Part shown: positions 16,618-24,000 of the stretch, one piece after another
How the letters are laid out: each line of letters starts with the position of its first letter
How positions within the stretch are numbered: the stretch's first letter is position 1
Assembly: GCA_964426945.1 (NCBI GenBank)
Contig: CAYRSS010000012.1
Span: 8,705-32,704, forward strand
Length of the DNA stretch: 24,000 nucleotides
DNA from: an uncultured Phycisphaeraceae bacterium
GTDB lineage: Bacteria > Planctomycetota > Phycisphaerae > UBA1845
Direction: 5' to 3'
Notes under the pieces: model-generated
What the model saw: the letters and a program-made list of their open reading frames with translations, nothing else
What the model was told of the DNA's origin: nothing
The model's database searches: none
Program-made: the position numbers and the translations under genes

Positions 16618-18069
16618 TTGATCGCCGCCGCGATTCCCTTCGACCCTCTGATTGCCTGCGCCCTCTCGGCCATCGCGCTGGCCTGGCTGGCAGCGGGTCT
16701 GCGCCTGGTACGCGGGTCCACAGCCCTCGGCGTCACGACCAGCCCATTGGCTGACCTCACACCCGTGTCCGCGACGGGGCTCGGGCTCGCGGCGATCTTC
16801 GCCGCCCTGGCGTGCCTTTTCGGGGTGGATCTTCGCGGCGGCGGGCCGCCCATGCAGACCACGGCGGTGATGGCCGCGGCGGCGGCGGCCGTTGCGGCGT
16901 TGGTTGCGTTGGTCGGAGCCAGGCGGGGCGCCGGGCGCTTCGCGGATCACGCGGGCACGATCGCGCTTATCCTCGGCACCACGGCGGGTACGACCGAGGC
17001 GATCATTCTGGCCATGCGCCTCCTGGACTCGGGTGTGGAACTGGCTACCGGCTCGCTCTCCTTTCAGCCCGCGAGCTACGGGTTTGCCCCCGTCGGCCTC
17101 ACCGCGCTGGCGCTGCTCGCGCTGACGACCGCGGCGCTGGACGCGGCCCGACCGTCCGGGCGCTCCGCCGCGGCGCTGGTCTGGCTGGCGGCCGGTGCGG
17201 CCGCGTGGTCCGCCCTGCTCGCGCCCGTGGTGGTGTTCAGCCCCGGCGGGCGACTCATCCGGACTTCGACGACTTTCGCCGTGATGATCGGGCTGACGGT
17301 CGTGGCGGCGGCGGCCGCGGCGGTACGCGGGCTGCACCGTCGATCGACGGCCCAGCGCTCGATGTCCCCGGCTTCCTGGCCGGGCTACCGGTTCGTCACC
17401 GCGGCCCTGAGCCTCACCCTGACCGCGCTGTGCCTCTATCACCTCGCCGCTGCGGTCCCGTTGGGTGGCGGCCATCGGGTCGCCGCGATCGTGATCGTGG
17501 GATGCGCAGCCGTCGGCGCGTGGTCTTCGTGGATCATCGCCGCCGGCCCGTGGAGCCTGGTGCACTACGAACTGTCCCTCGGACTCGCCTCGGTGGCGAT
17601 GTGCGCAGCACTCGCCGCGACGGCGCCGCGCTACGGGCTGACCATCGAAGAGCGGTTTCCGCTGATCTTCGTCGCTGCCGCGGTGGGGATGGCGCTGGCG
17701 ACGGTGACGTGGACTCACGCCGCCGCACGCATCGAAGGCGGGGCACGACCTGCCTGGGCGGACGCGGAGATGGCCGTCGACATGCGCAAGGCCACCAAGC
17801 GGTTCGCCTTCACCACGGCGGCGATCGGCGCGCTCATCGCGTCGCTGCTGGCCCTCTGGCCGACGCGGCCGGAGATCGGCGTCACCGAGGACACGCTGGA
17901 ACGCTTCACCGTCGGTCTCGTCGCCCACCTGGTGCTGCTGCTCGCCCTGCTGTATTGCGGCCGGCGGCTGCGGCGCGCGACGTTCAGCATGCTGACGGTA
18001 CTGGTGCTGTGTTCGACGCTGGGATTCGTGGCGATTCGGATGCTGCCCTGGGCACGCACATTCGGTTAG
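16618..18069 (+). CDS. Alanine-rich polytopic integral membrane protein, family not recognised
   Basis: 483 aa with a TTG start 7 nt after AGGGGG. By eye it has roughly a dozen hydrophobic segments and G/C-rich third codon positions. The competing ORFs 16603..18198(-) and 16812..18110(+) translate to Arg/Gly-rich nonsense. Confidence 0.7.
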   Translation: MIAAAIPFDPLIACALSAIALAWLAAGLRLVRGSTALGVTTSPLADLTPVSATGLGLAAIFAALACLFGVDLRGGGPPMQTTAVMAAAAAAVAALVALVGARRGAGRFADHAGTIALILGTTAGTTEAIILAMRLLDSGVELATGSLSFQPASYGFAPVGLTALALLALTTAALDAARPSGRSAAALVWLAAGAAAWSALLAPVVVFSPGGRLIRTSTTFAVMIGLTVVAAAAAAVRGLHRRSTAQRSMSPASWPGYRFVTAALSLTLTALCLYHLAAAVPLGGGHRVAAIVIVGCAAVGAWSSWIIAAGPWSLVHYELSLGLASVAMCAALAATAPRYGLTIEERFPLIFVAAAVGMALATVTWTHAAARIEGGARPAWADAEMAVDMRKATKRFAFTTAAIGALIASLLALWPTRPEIGVTEDTLERFTVGLVAHLVLLLALLYCGRRLRRATFSMLTVLVLCSTLGFVAIRMLPWARTFG

Positions 18070-18091
18070 CCTCCCGGCCGCGGCCCGTCTC

Positions 18092-18120
18092 TGTTCACTC
18101 TCCGGCCTGAACGCTATAGT
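18092..18120 (+). promoter_or_regulatory. Candidate promoter/operator of the WYL regulator gene
   Basis: TATAGT at 18115-18120 with TGTTCA 17 nt upstream, a 3/6 match to a -35 element. The inverted repeat GTTCA (18093-18097)-N10-TGAAC (18108-18112) spans the -35/spacer region. Confidence 0.3.
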
Positions 18121-18184
18121 CGGCCCGCTCGCCCCCGCGAACACCACGGGGGCAACTCCAGCGTGGTTTCGGAGCGATGCGACC

Positions 18185-19159
18185 GTGGTCAGGACCACTC
18201 GGATCAGCCGCCTGCTCCGCCTGATTCAGGCACTCCAGTCGGGACGGCCCTACACCGTGGAAGAACTGGGCGACCTGACCGGCGTGAACCGCCGAACGGT
18301 TTTTCGCGATCTGAATCTGCTGAGCGACGCGGGGATTTGCTACAGCTATGACCGGGCGAAAGGGCAGTACGCGTCCGCCGGAGCGAACTGTTTGCCGCCT
18401 GTCTCGCTGACCACCGCGGAGGCGATGGCCCTGCTGCTGGCCACGCGCAAGTTCCTCGCCTCGCGTATTGCCCCCGATCACCGGGCCGCCACCGATGCGG
18501 CCCTCAAGCTCGAAAGCATGATTCCCCCGGCGCTGATCGAGGCCTGCGGCCCGCTGCTCGCACACGTCGAGGTCGGGCCCGAAAAGGCCTCTGATCCGCA
18601 CGCGATCACCGACGCGCTGCACGCGCTGCAATCCTGCCTGACCCGGCGTCAGAAGGTGTGGGTCCGCTACGACTCGTACCACGACGGCCGGCTCGTCGAG
18701 GACACGCTGTCGCCCTACCGGCTGGTGCACATGCATCGCGGCTGGTATGTCATCGCCCTCTCACAGCGGAGCGGCGAGCCACGGACGTACAAGATCGAGC
18801 GGATCGCCGAGTATCGCCTCACCGAGGAGCCTTACCGGCTGGAAGAGTCGTTCACGCTCGATGCGTACTTCGGCAATGCCTGGTCGATGATCCGCGGCGA
18901 CACGCGGTATCATGTGCGGATCCGCTTCCTGCCGCGGGTGGCGGGCAGCGTCGACGAGGTCGCCTGGCACCGGACCCAGCGAACCACGCACGAGGACGAC
19001 GGCTCGCTGATCTTCGAGGCGGATATCGACGGGCTCGACGAGATTTCGTGGTGGGTGCTGGGCTACGGCGATCAGGCCGTCGTGCTTGACCCGCCGGAGT
19101 TGCGTGCGATCATCCGCGACCGGATCGCGGGAATGGCCCGCAGCTACGCCGATTCGTGA
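18185..19159 (+). CDS. HTH-WYL-WCX family transcriptional regulator
   Basis: 324 aa with a GTG start. The N-terminal HTH reads ISRLLRLIQALQSGRPYTVEELGDLTGVNRRTVFRDLNLL. The central WYL-type domain reads VWVRYDSY...LSPYRLVHMHRGWYVIALSQRSGEPRTYKIERI. The C-terminal domain ends in AVVLDPPELRAIIRDRI. Confidence 0.85.
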   Translation: MVRTTRISRLLRLIQALQSGRPYTVEELGDLTGVNRRTVFRDLNLLSDAGICYSYDRAKGQYASAGANCLPPVSLTTAEAMALLLATRKFLASRIAPDHRAATDAALKLESMIPPALIEACGPLLAHVEVGPEKASDPHAITDALHALQSCLTRRQKVWVRYDSYHDGRLVEDTLSPYRLVHMHRGWYVIALSQRSGEPRTYKIERIAEYRLTEEPYRLEESFTLDAYFGNAWSMIRGDTRYHVRIRFLPRVAGSVDEVAWHRTQRTTHEDDGSLIFEADIDGLDEISWWVLGYGDQAVVLDPPELRAIIRDRIAGMARSYADS

Positions 19160-19169
19160 GGGTTCCGCC

Positions 19170-19619
19170 GTGCGCGCCGTGATTCAACGTGTCAGCAGCG
19201 CGGCTGTCCGCGCCGACGGCCTGACTGTCGGCGCTATCGGCCACGGCCTGCTCGTCTATGTCGGCATTGACCGGGATGACGCCGAGGCCGACGTGGCCTA
19301 CCTCGTCGACAAGGTGCGCTACCTGCGCGTCTTCGCCGACGACGAGAGCAAGCTCAATCGGGATGTCTGCCAGGCGGGCGGCGAGGTGCTGGTGATCAGC
19401 GCGTTCACCGTCCAGGCCGATGCCCGCCGCGGACGACGCCCGAGCTTCGATGCCGCCGCCGCGCCGGAGCGGGCCTTCGTGCTCTATGAGATGGTCTGCG
19501 ACGGACTCGCCCGGGAGGGGCTGACCGTGGCCCGCGGCTCCTTCGGGGCCGACATGAAAGTGGAGTCGGTCAACGACGGGCCGATCTGCCTGCTGCTCGA
19601 GTCGCGGCGCAACTTCTGA
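19170..19619 (+). CDS. dtd: D-aminoacyl-tRNA deacylase
   Basis: GTG at 19170 lies 8 nt after GAGG, giving VRAVIQRVSSA... The protein is 149 aa with SAFTVQADARRGRRPSF and GADMKVESVNDGPICLLLES, which are classic Dtd motifs. The track's longer ORF from 19086 overlaps the upstream gene. Confidence 0.92.
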   Translation: MRAVIQRVSSAAVRADGLTVGAIGHGLLVYVGIDRDDAEADVAYLVDKVRYLRVFADDESKLNRDVCQAGGEVLVISAFTVQADARRGRRPSFDAAAAPERAFVLYEMVCDGLAREGLTVARGSFGADMKVESVNDGPICLLLESRRNF

Positions 19620-19668
19620 GCCCGCGACGCCCGGATTCCGCCCCCTACCCCGCGAGATAGACAGTCGA

Positions 19669-21246
19669 TCAGTCACGAGCCTGCGCGCGCGAATCCTCGA
19701 CCGCAGGGCGGTCGCGATGGAAGACCGCCCCCAGTTCCTCGATGCCCAGGAGCTTCGCCGCCGCGGCGTACACTATGACGGCCGCAGGAACCATCGTGGC
19801 GAGATGCGCCCCGGCTGACTCCCCGGCGCCGAACCGATCCAGCGCAAGTCTCACGCCCGCGAGCACCGCGGTCATCACCCCCAGGGGAATGAGCATCCGC
19901 CCGCAGCCCCCAGCGAGCCCGGGCAGCGGCGCCTCGGCGAGTCGCCCGCGCAGTCGCCGCAGCAGGTAGGCGGATTGCAGGATCGCCGTGACCGACGTGG
20001 CCATCCCCAGGCCGCGCTCTTCGAAGGGACCGATGAGCAGCAAGTTCAGGCAGAGATTCACGGCAATCATCACCAGCGCCGTGCGCAGGGGCGTGCGGCT
20101 GTCCTTCAGCGCATAGAACGCCCGGGCGATGACGTGGTGAGCAAAGTAGGCGGGCAAGCCGATTGCGTAGACGCCGACCGCGCCGGCCACCCGGGCCGTG
20201 TCTGCGGCGTCGAACGCGCCGCGTTCGAACAGCACACTGACGAGCGGCCCCGCGACGAACATCAGCCCCACTGCCGACGGCATGGCGATGAACAGGCACA
20301 GCCGCAACCCGCGGGCGGCGGCCTCGCCCACGCCCCGCTCATCACCGGCGGCAGCCCGCGACGCGAGCGCGGGGTACAGCGCCGTGGCGATGGCCACCCC
20401 GAACACGCCGAGCGGGAGCTGATAGATCTCCTGCGCATTGGCGATGACCGCCGGGCCCACGCGGCCCTTGCCCGGCACCTCGATGAACCAGTACGCGAGA
20501 AGCTGATCGAACAGGGCATTGAGCTGAAAAGCAGACAGGCCGACCACCATCGGGCCCATCAGCCGCAGGAGCGTCGCCAGCCGCGGATCTCGCCAACCCG
20601 TCGAGAGGATCGGCGAGAACCGCACCGCGCGCAGTGCCCGCGCCATCAGGAACAACTGCAGAACCCCGGAAGCGAGCACGCCCACCGCCAGTGCGTACAA
20701 CAACGACCGCTCGCGCAGCCCCAGCATCCAGACGCCGACCACCGCGGCGCTGATGATGCCGAGGTTGAGCAGCATCGGCGCGATCGCCGGTGCGGCGAAA
20801 TGGCCGCGCACGTTCAGCGCGCCCCCCGCCGCCGCGACCAGGCAGATGAACACCAGGTAGGGGAGCAGGACCATCATCAGGTCGAGCGCTGGATCGGGTG
20901 CCAGCAGGCTCCAGCCGAAGATCGCCGCCTCGCCGACGGCAACGAGCCCCAGCAGCACGACCAGCATCAGCGTGATTACACGCCCGAAGAGTGCGCGGGC
21001 GGAATCTTCGCCGTTGCGATGTAGATCCTCGGTGAGGATCGGGATCATCGCCGAGTTGAGCGCCCCCTCACCGAACAGCCGACGGGCGAGGTTGGGCACG
21101 AGGAACGCGATGCGGAAGGCCGAGAGCAGTTCGGCAGTGCCGAACAGGTAGGCGAGCAGCGTGTCGCGGATGAGCCCCAGCACGCGCGAGCCGAACGTGA
21201 GCGCGGCGATCACGCGCGCGGAGGATTCAAAGCGGGCATCCGGCAT
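19669..21246 (-). CDS. murJ: Lipid II flippase MurJ (MviN)
   Basis: I prefer the ATG at 21246 (MPDARFESSARVIAALTFGSRVLGLIRDTLLAYLFG...AFRIAFLVPNLARRLFGEGALNSAMIPIL). This is the MurJ N-terminal signature. The product is a polytopic protein of 525 aa. Confidence 0.9.
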   Translation of the reverse strand: MPDARFESSARVIAALTFGSRVLGLIRDTLLAYLFGTAELLSAFRIAFLVPNLARRLFGEGALNSAMIPILTEDLHRNGEDSARALFGRVITLMLVVLLGLVAVGEAAIFGWSLLAPDPALDLMMVLLPYLVFICLVAAAGGALNVRGHFAAPAIAPMLLNLGIISAAVVGVWMLGLRERSLLYALAVGVLASGVLQLFLMARALRAVRFSPILSTGWRDPRLATLLRLMGPMVVGLSAFQLNALFDQLLAYWFIEVPGKGRVGPAVIANAQEIYQLPLGVFGVAIATALYPALASRAAAGDERGVGEAAARGLRLCLFIAMPSAVGLMFVAGPLVSVLFERGAFDAADTARVAGAVGVYAIGLPAYFAHHVIARAFYALKDSRTPLRTALVMIAVNLCLNLLLIGPFEERGLGMATSVTAILQSAYLLRRLRGRLAEAPLPGLAGGCGRMLIPLGVMTAVLAGVRLALDRFGAGESAGAHLATMVPAAVIVYAAAAKLLGIEELGAVFHRDRPAVEDSRAQARD

Positions 21247-21541
21247 CGCGGCACACCATAGACACGGCTCGTTGCGGCCACAAGGCGGCGATGCCGCGGC
21301 CCGCAAGCCCTACCGATTTGGTTGGACATCGCGGCCTGGGATCGGGCCATTCGCGTGAATCCGCAGGATTTCGAGGCGCGGCAACTTCATCTTCCCGTGA
21401 TGAGTTCTATAATCCGCTTCGGGTCGGGAGGCTCAGTGCCCGCGGCCGCGCGTGGCCGGCCGGTTGACAACGCGGCCGATAGAGGAAAAGGTACGACAAC
21501 AGGCGGGCAGGCCGTCCGCCTGACTCACGGAGAACAGCGTC

Positions 21542-21880
21542 ATGGCGCATGTGGTTGCCGAACCGTGCATCAAGTGCAAGTACACCGACTGCGTGGCGGT
21601 CTGCCCGGTGGATTGCTTCCACGAGGGCGTCAACATGCTGGTCATCGACCCCGAGACCTGCATCGACTGCGGCCTCTGCCCGCCGGAGTGCCCGGTGTCA
21701 GCGATCTTCTCGGAGGAGGACCTGCCCCCGAAGTGGAGCGACTTCATCGAGATCAACAAGAAGTACGCCCCGGATTGGCCGGTGATCGACTCCCAGAAGG
21801 AGCACATGCCCGGCGCCGACGAGGCGGCCAAGGTCGAGCACAAGAAGGACCAGATCGATCCGCGTCCGTGGGGCAGCTGA
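21542..21880 (+). CDS. fdxA: 7Fe-type ferredoxin (FdxA-like, [3Fe-4S][4Fe-4S])
   Basis: 112 aa. The sequence [21 protein letters not shown]...[13 protein letters not shown] is the FdxA cysteine pattern. GGAGAA lies 8 nt upstream of the ATG. Confidence 0.92.
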   Translation: MAHVVAEPCIKCKYTDCVAVCPVDCFHEGVNMLVIDPETCIDCGLCPPECPVSAIFSEEDLPPKWSDFIEINKKYAPDWPVIDSQKEHMPGADEAAKVEHKKDQIDPRPWGS

Positions 21881-21903
21881 GAAACGCGGGAAACGTGGAA
21901 ACG
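21879..21903 (+). repeat. Three short direct repeats, (G/A)GAAACG
   Basis: GAGAAACG cg GGAAACG t GGAAACG, beginning inside the fdxA stop codon. GAAACG occurs at 21881, 21890 and 21898. Confidence 0.5.
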
Positions 21904-21985
21904 GGCGGAGGCGGGCTTGAGGGGCGCTGCGGGTGACGGCGCGCCGGCTTGGTGCCGCTCGCGATGCCAGGCGTCTGAGGGTCTT

Positions 21986-22053
21986 GAAAACAACGCGGGC
22001 GCATGAGCGGGACAGCTTCCGGCTGCCCCGCCCGTGCGCCCGGTCTTTTTCTT
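21986..22053. terminator. Bidirectional rho-independent terminator between the convergent fdxA and Clp_N genes
   Basis: The outer stem is CGGGCGCA (21996-22003) paired with TGCGCCCG (22035-22042). The inner stem is GCGGGACAGC (22007-22016) paired with GCTGCCCCGC (22022-22031), with one mismatch and a 5-nt loop. On the plus strand GTCTTTTTCTT follows; on the minus strand CGTTGTTTTC follows. Confidence 0.6.
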
Positions 22054-22079
22054 GACGTCCAGCCGCGCGACGCGGCGTG

Positions 22080-22787
22080 TTACTTCTTGCCGACGACCTG
22101 CTCGCGAACCCAGTCGGCCGTGACGCCCTTGGGGCCCAGCAGCTTCGACACCGGACCCTCCGAATCGCGCAGCAGCGCGAGGAGCAGGTGCTCCGGCTGA
22201 ATCTCGCCGGTTCCGAGGCGGTTGGCCGAGTCGACCGCGAGGATCATCGTGTGCCAGAAGGCGGTCGAACGGAACGCCTTGGCCAGCTCCTGCTGGTGAA
22301 CCCATTCAAACACGCCGTGCTTGAGGCGGGAGAGGTCGTGCTTGTCGTCGATCTCGGACCGGAGGGTGGCGAGCACCTCTTCGCGAAGCTTGTCAACGCT
22401 GATCCCCTCGCCGTGGAGCACCTGGGCCGCGGCGCTTTCCTGGTGGCGGACGAGACCGAGCAGCAGGTGCTCGGTGCCGACGAGCTTGTGGCCGAGCTTG
22501 CGGGCCTCGCTGATGGCGTGGTCGATGACCTCGCGGGTTTCGTCGCTGTAGGGCCGCCGGCCGACGCCGCCGGCGTCGCCCTTTTGCAACCGGCCGGCCA
22601 CCTGCGTGCGGACCTTGTCGATGTCGACGTTGAGATTGGCCAGCACCGCCGCCCCGACCGAGACGCGCTCGGCCAGCAGCCCGAGCAGCAGGTGCTCAGG
22701 GCCGATGTGCTTGTAGTTCAAGGCGACGGCCTCCTGGTTGGCGAGGGCCATCGCGTGCCTCGCGCGGTCGGAAAAACGTTCGTGCAT
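22080..22787 (-). CDS. Stand-alone Clp N-terminal (Clp_N) repeat protein
   Basis: ATG at 22787 lies 9 nt after GGGAGAG and gives 235 aa. There are three Clp_N-type repeats, each with the GxEHLLLxLL core: HIGPEHLLLGLL, LVGTEHLLLGLV and EIQPEHLLLALL. No AAA+ module follows. Confidence 0.8.
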   Translation of the reverse strand: MHERFSDRARHAMALANQEAVALNYKHIGPEHLLLGLLAERVSVGAAVLANLNVDIDKVRTQVAGRLQKGDAGGVGRRPYSDETREVIDHAISEARKLGHKLVGTEHLLLGLVRHQESAAAQVLHGEGISVDKLREEVLATLRSEIDDKHDLSRLKHGVFEWVHQQELAKAFRSTAFWHTMILAVDSANRLGTGEIQPEHLLLALLRDSEGPVSKLLGPKGVTADWVREQVVGKK

Positions 22788-22840
22788 TGGACGATCTCTC
22801 CCTGGTTCCTGGTCTGACAGATCGGATGCCCGACAGGCGG

Positions 22841-22861
22841 AAAAAAGCGCCCGTGCGGCGG
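22841..22861 (-). terminator. Weak hairpin plus T6 run after the DUF2007-like gene
   Basis: The minus strand reads CGCC gcacg GGCG C TTTTTT. The stem is only 4 bp, but a T6 run is rare in this composition. Confidence 0.25.
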
Positions 22862-22881
22862 ATGTTCTCTTCAAAGGACGA

Positions 22882-23250
22882 TCAGAGCTCGGGCACGTCG
22901 AGGTAGGCGCCGCACTCGAGGCACTCCTGCACCGTGCCCGCCTGCTCGCCGGGGTAGCCCGACTCCTCGCCGCACTCTTCACACTTCGCCCGGACGACGG
23001 TGCCCGGCGGGATCTTCTTCTTGGTCTCGGGCTGGTGCTCCTCAAGGAGCTTGATCGCCCGCTCGGCGATGGCCTTGTCCTCGGCGCAGATTGCGAACCC
23101 CTCAAGGTCGGTCAGGCCGAAGAGCATCGCCCCGGCGTTGGACCGGTCGACAATCGTCGCTTCGATGCCCTGCTCCTCGAGCCAGGCGACGATGATGTCG
23201 GCCTCTTCGATGGTGTTGGTCCGCTGGATGAGCACAAAGTCGCTGGACAT
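22882..23250 (-). CDS. DUF2007-like (putative signal-transducing) domain protein with a C-terminal CxxC...CxxC zinc ribbon
   Basis: ATG at 23250 lies 8 nt after GGAGA and gives 122 aa. The N-terminal part is LIQRTNTIEEADIIVAWLEEQGIEATIVD...AIAERAIKLLEE. The C-terminal part is KCEECGEES...ECLECGAYL. Confidence 0.7.
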   Translation of the reverse strand: MSSDFVLIQRTNTIEEADIIVAWLEEQGIEATIVDRSNAGAMLFGLTDLEGFAICAEDKAIAERAIKLLEEHQPETKKKIPPGTVVRAKCEECGEESGYPGEQAGTVQECLECGAYLDVPEL

Positions 23251-23490
23251 CTTCACGTCTCCATCACACCTCGGGAACGAGCCCGACATTCCGGCTAGCA
23301 AGCGGCGGACCAGAGGGGCGCGGGATCGCGAGTTAACGCACAACTTTAGTTCGCCACCCGCCCCGCAGGCCGACCGGCTGCGTGAGGGAATAGTCTAGCG
23401 TAGTCCGGCGCGCTGGGAAGGGGCAGCAGTAACCGTCGAGCCGGGGGCCGGGGCGTCGCTCATTCCGGCGCGGGCGAGCACGCGCGCGAA

Positions 23491-24000
23491 CTACTTCGCC
23501 TGCACGTAGCACATGATCTTGTACGCCAACCGGGCCGCGAGGAACTCCGTCACGGCCTGGCCGGGGATGGGCATCACCTCGTTGATGTCGGCCGCGACGA
23601 CGTTCTTCTCCGCACAGACGAGGCGAAGCAGGCCGGTGACCTGGTACCAGTCGAGGCCGCCGGGCTCGGGGGTGCCGGTGCCGGGGGCATACGCGGGGTC
23701 GAAGCCGTCGATGTCGACGGTGATGTAGACGGTATCGCCAAGGGAGTTCAGCACCCGGTCGACCCAGTTCTCGTCCGTCCAGCAGTCGCGGGCCATGACC
23801 GGGCGGATGTCGGTCTTCTTGAGGAAGCGGTGCTCCTCGAGGCAGACATTGCGGATCCCCACCGGCACGATCGTGCAGCCGTACTCGTGAATGCGGCGCA
23901 TCACCGAGGCGTGGGAATAGGGAGAGCCCTGGTATGCCTCGCGCAGGTCGAGGTGCGAGTCGATCTGCAGGACGCTGAGCTTCTTGTGCTTCGTCATCAC
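23491..24000 (-). CDS. speB: Agmatinase / ureohydrolase family protein; N-terminus lies beyond the window end
   Basis: The 169 aa present contain the arginase-family metal motifs IDSHLDLR, TVDIDGFDPAYAPGTGTPEPGGL and DINEV. The family is about 300 aa long and the upstream GGDH-type motif is missing, so the apparent GTG start at 24000 is an edge artefact. Confidence 0.85.
   Translation of the reverse strand: MMTKHKKLSVLQIDSHLDLREAYQGSPYSHASVMRRIHEYGCTIVPVGIRNVCLEEHRFLKKTDIRPVMARDCWTDENWVDRVLNSLGDTVYITVDIDGFDPAYAPGTGTPEPGGLDWYQVTGLLRLVCAEKNVVAADINEVMPIPGQAVTEFLAARLAYKIMCYVQAK

Noticed and set aside
16603-18198. 531-aa minus-strand ORF and the 432-aa plus-strand ORF (16812..18110) overlapping the polytopic membrane protein
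   Set aside because: Both translate to Arg/Gly/Glu-rich low-complexity strings. The 16618..18069 frame gives regular hydrophobic helices and G/C-rich third positions.
18185-19159. WYL regulator as a marker of an anti-phage defence island (BrxR/CapW-like context)
   Set aside because: No neighbouring nuclease, ATPase, methyltransferase, cyclase or other defence-type gene is present. The flanking genes are a membrane protein and dtd.
21408-21413. Perfect TATAAT hexamer about 130 nt upstream of fdxA
   Set aside because: No acceptable -35 element lies at 16-18 nt (best candidates are CTTCAT and ACTTCA), and there is no extended -10 TG. I note it only as an AT-rich island in the murJ/fdxA divergent region.
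21464-21469. Perfect TTGACA hexamer 72 nt upstream of fdxA
   Set aside because: No -10-like hexamer occurs at a 16-19 nt spacing. The nearest, TACGAC, is 22 nt away. I could not support a promoter call.
22788-23105. 106-codon N-terminal extension of the Clp_N protein ORF
   Set aside because: The extension is Arg/Ser/Pro-rich and overlaps the upstream DUF2007-like gene. The ATG at 22787 has a GGGAGAG Shine-Dalgarno sequence and begins exactly at the first Clp_N repeat.
23998-24000. Apparent GTG start codon of the agmatinase ORF at the last bases of the window
   Set aside because: The conserved N-terminal third of the ureohydrolase fold is missing. The reading frame simply continues past the window edge.
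1-24000. Scan for tRNA/rRNA genes, CRISPR repeat arrays, IS elements, integrases and long terminal or tandem repeats
   Set aside because: I saw no cloverleaf-like T-arm/anticodon architecture in the intergenic regions. I saw no regularly spaced repeats of 20 bp or more, and no transposase- or integrase-like ORFs. The only repeats are short GC-rich palindromes and the GAAACG triplet reported above.

Overview
This is a visibly GC-rich bacterial chromosomal window made up mostly of housekeeping envelope genes. GC content was not computed. Positions 1-13404 on the minus strand hold a division/cell-wall (dcw) cluster in the order mraZ, a 508-nt spacer, rsmH, a double-LysM protein, an ftsL-like gene, ftsI, murE, murF, mraY, ftsW, murG and murC. 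murC is absent from the supplied ORF track because it runs off the window start; I translated it by hand. Upstream of mraZ, on the same strand, lie an exosortase-like polytopic membrane protein and a small N-anchored protein. A plus-strand block follows: a TIM-barrel sugar-phosphate isomerase/epimerase, an alanine-rich polytopic membrane protein of unrecognised family, an HTH-WYL regulator and dtd. After that come murJ (-), an fdxA-type ferredoxin (+), a stand-alone Clp_N-repeat protein (-), a DUF2007-like plus zinc-ribbon protein (-) and a 5'-truncated agmatinase (-). I found no rRNA, tRNA, CRISPR array, transposase or integrase. Many long ORFs in the track are arginine/proline-rich antisense or out-of-frame shadows typical of high-GC DNA, and I rejected them. 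The gene content is compatible with a PVC/Planctomycetota-like organism, but that is weak inference. I do not see a clear-cut novel multi-gene system. The best leads are the non-canonical dcw layout (LysM insertion, no murD in its usual slot, a long structured mraZ-rsmH spacer with a possible hidden small ORF), the exosortase-like fusion protein next to the dcw promoter, and the orphan membrane protein / WYL regulator / dtd block.
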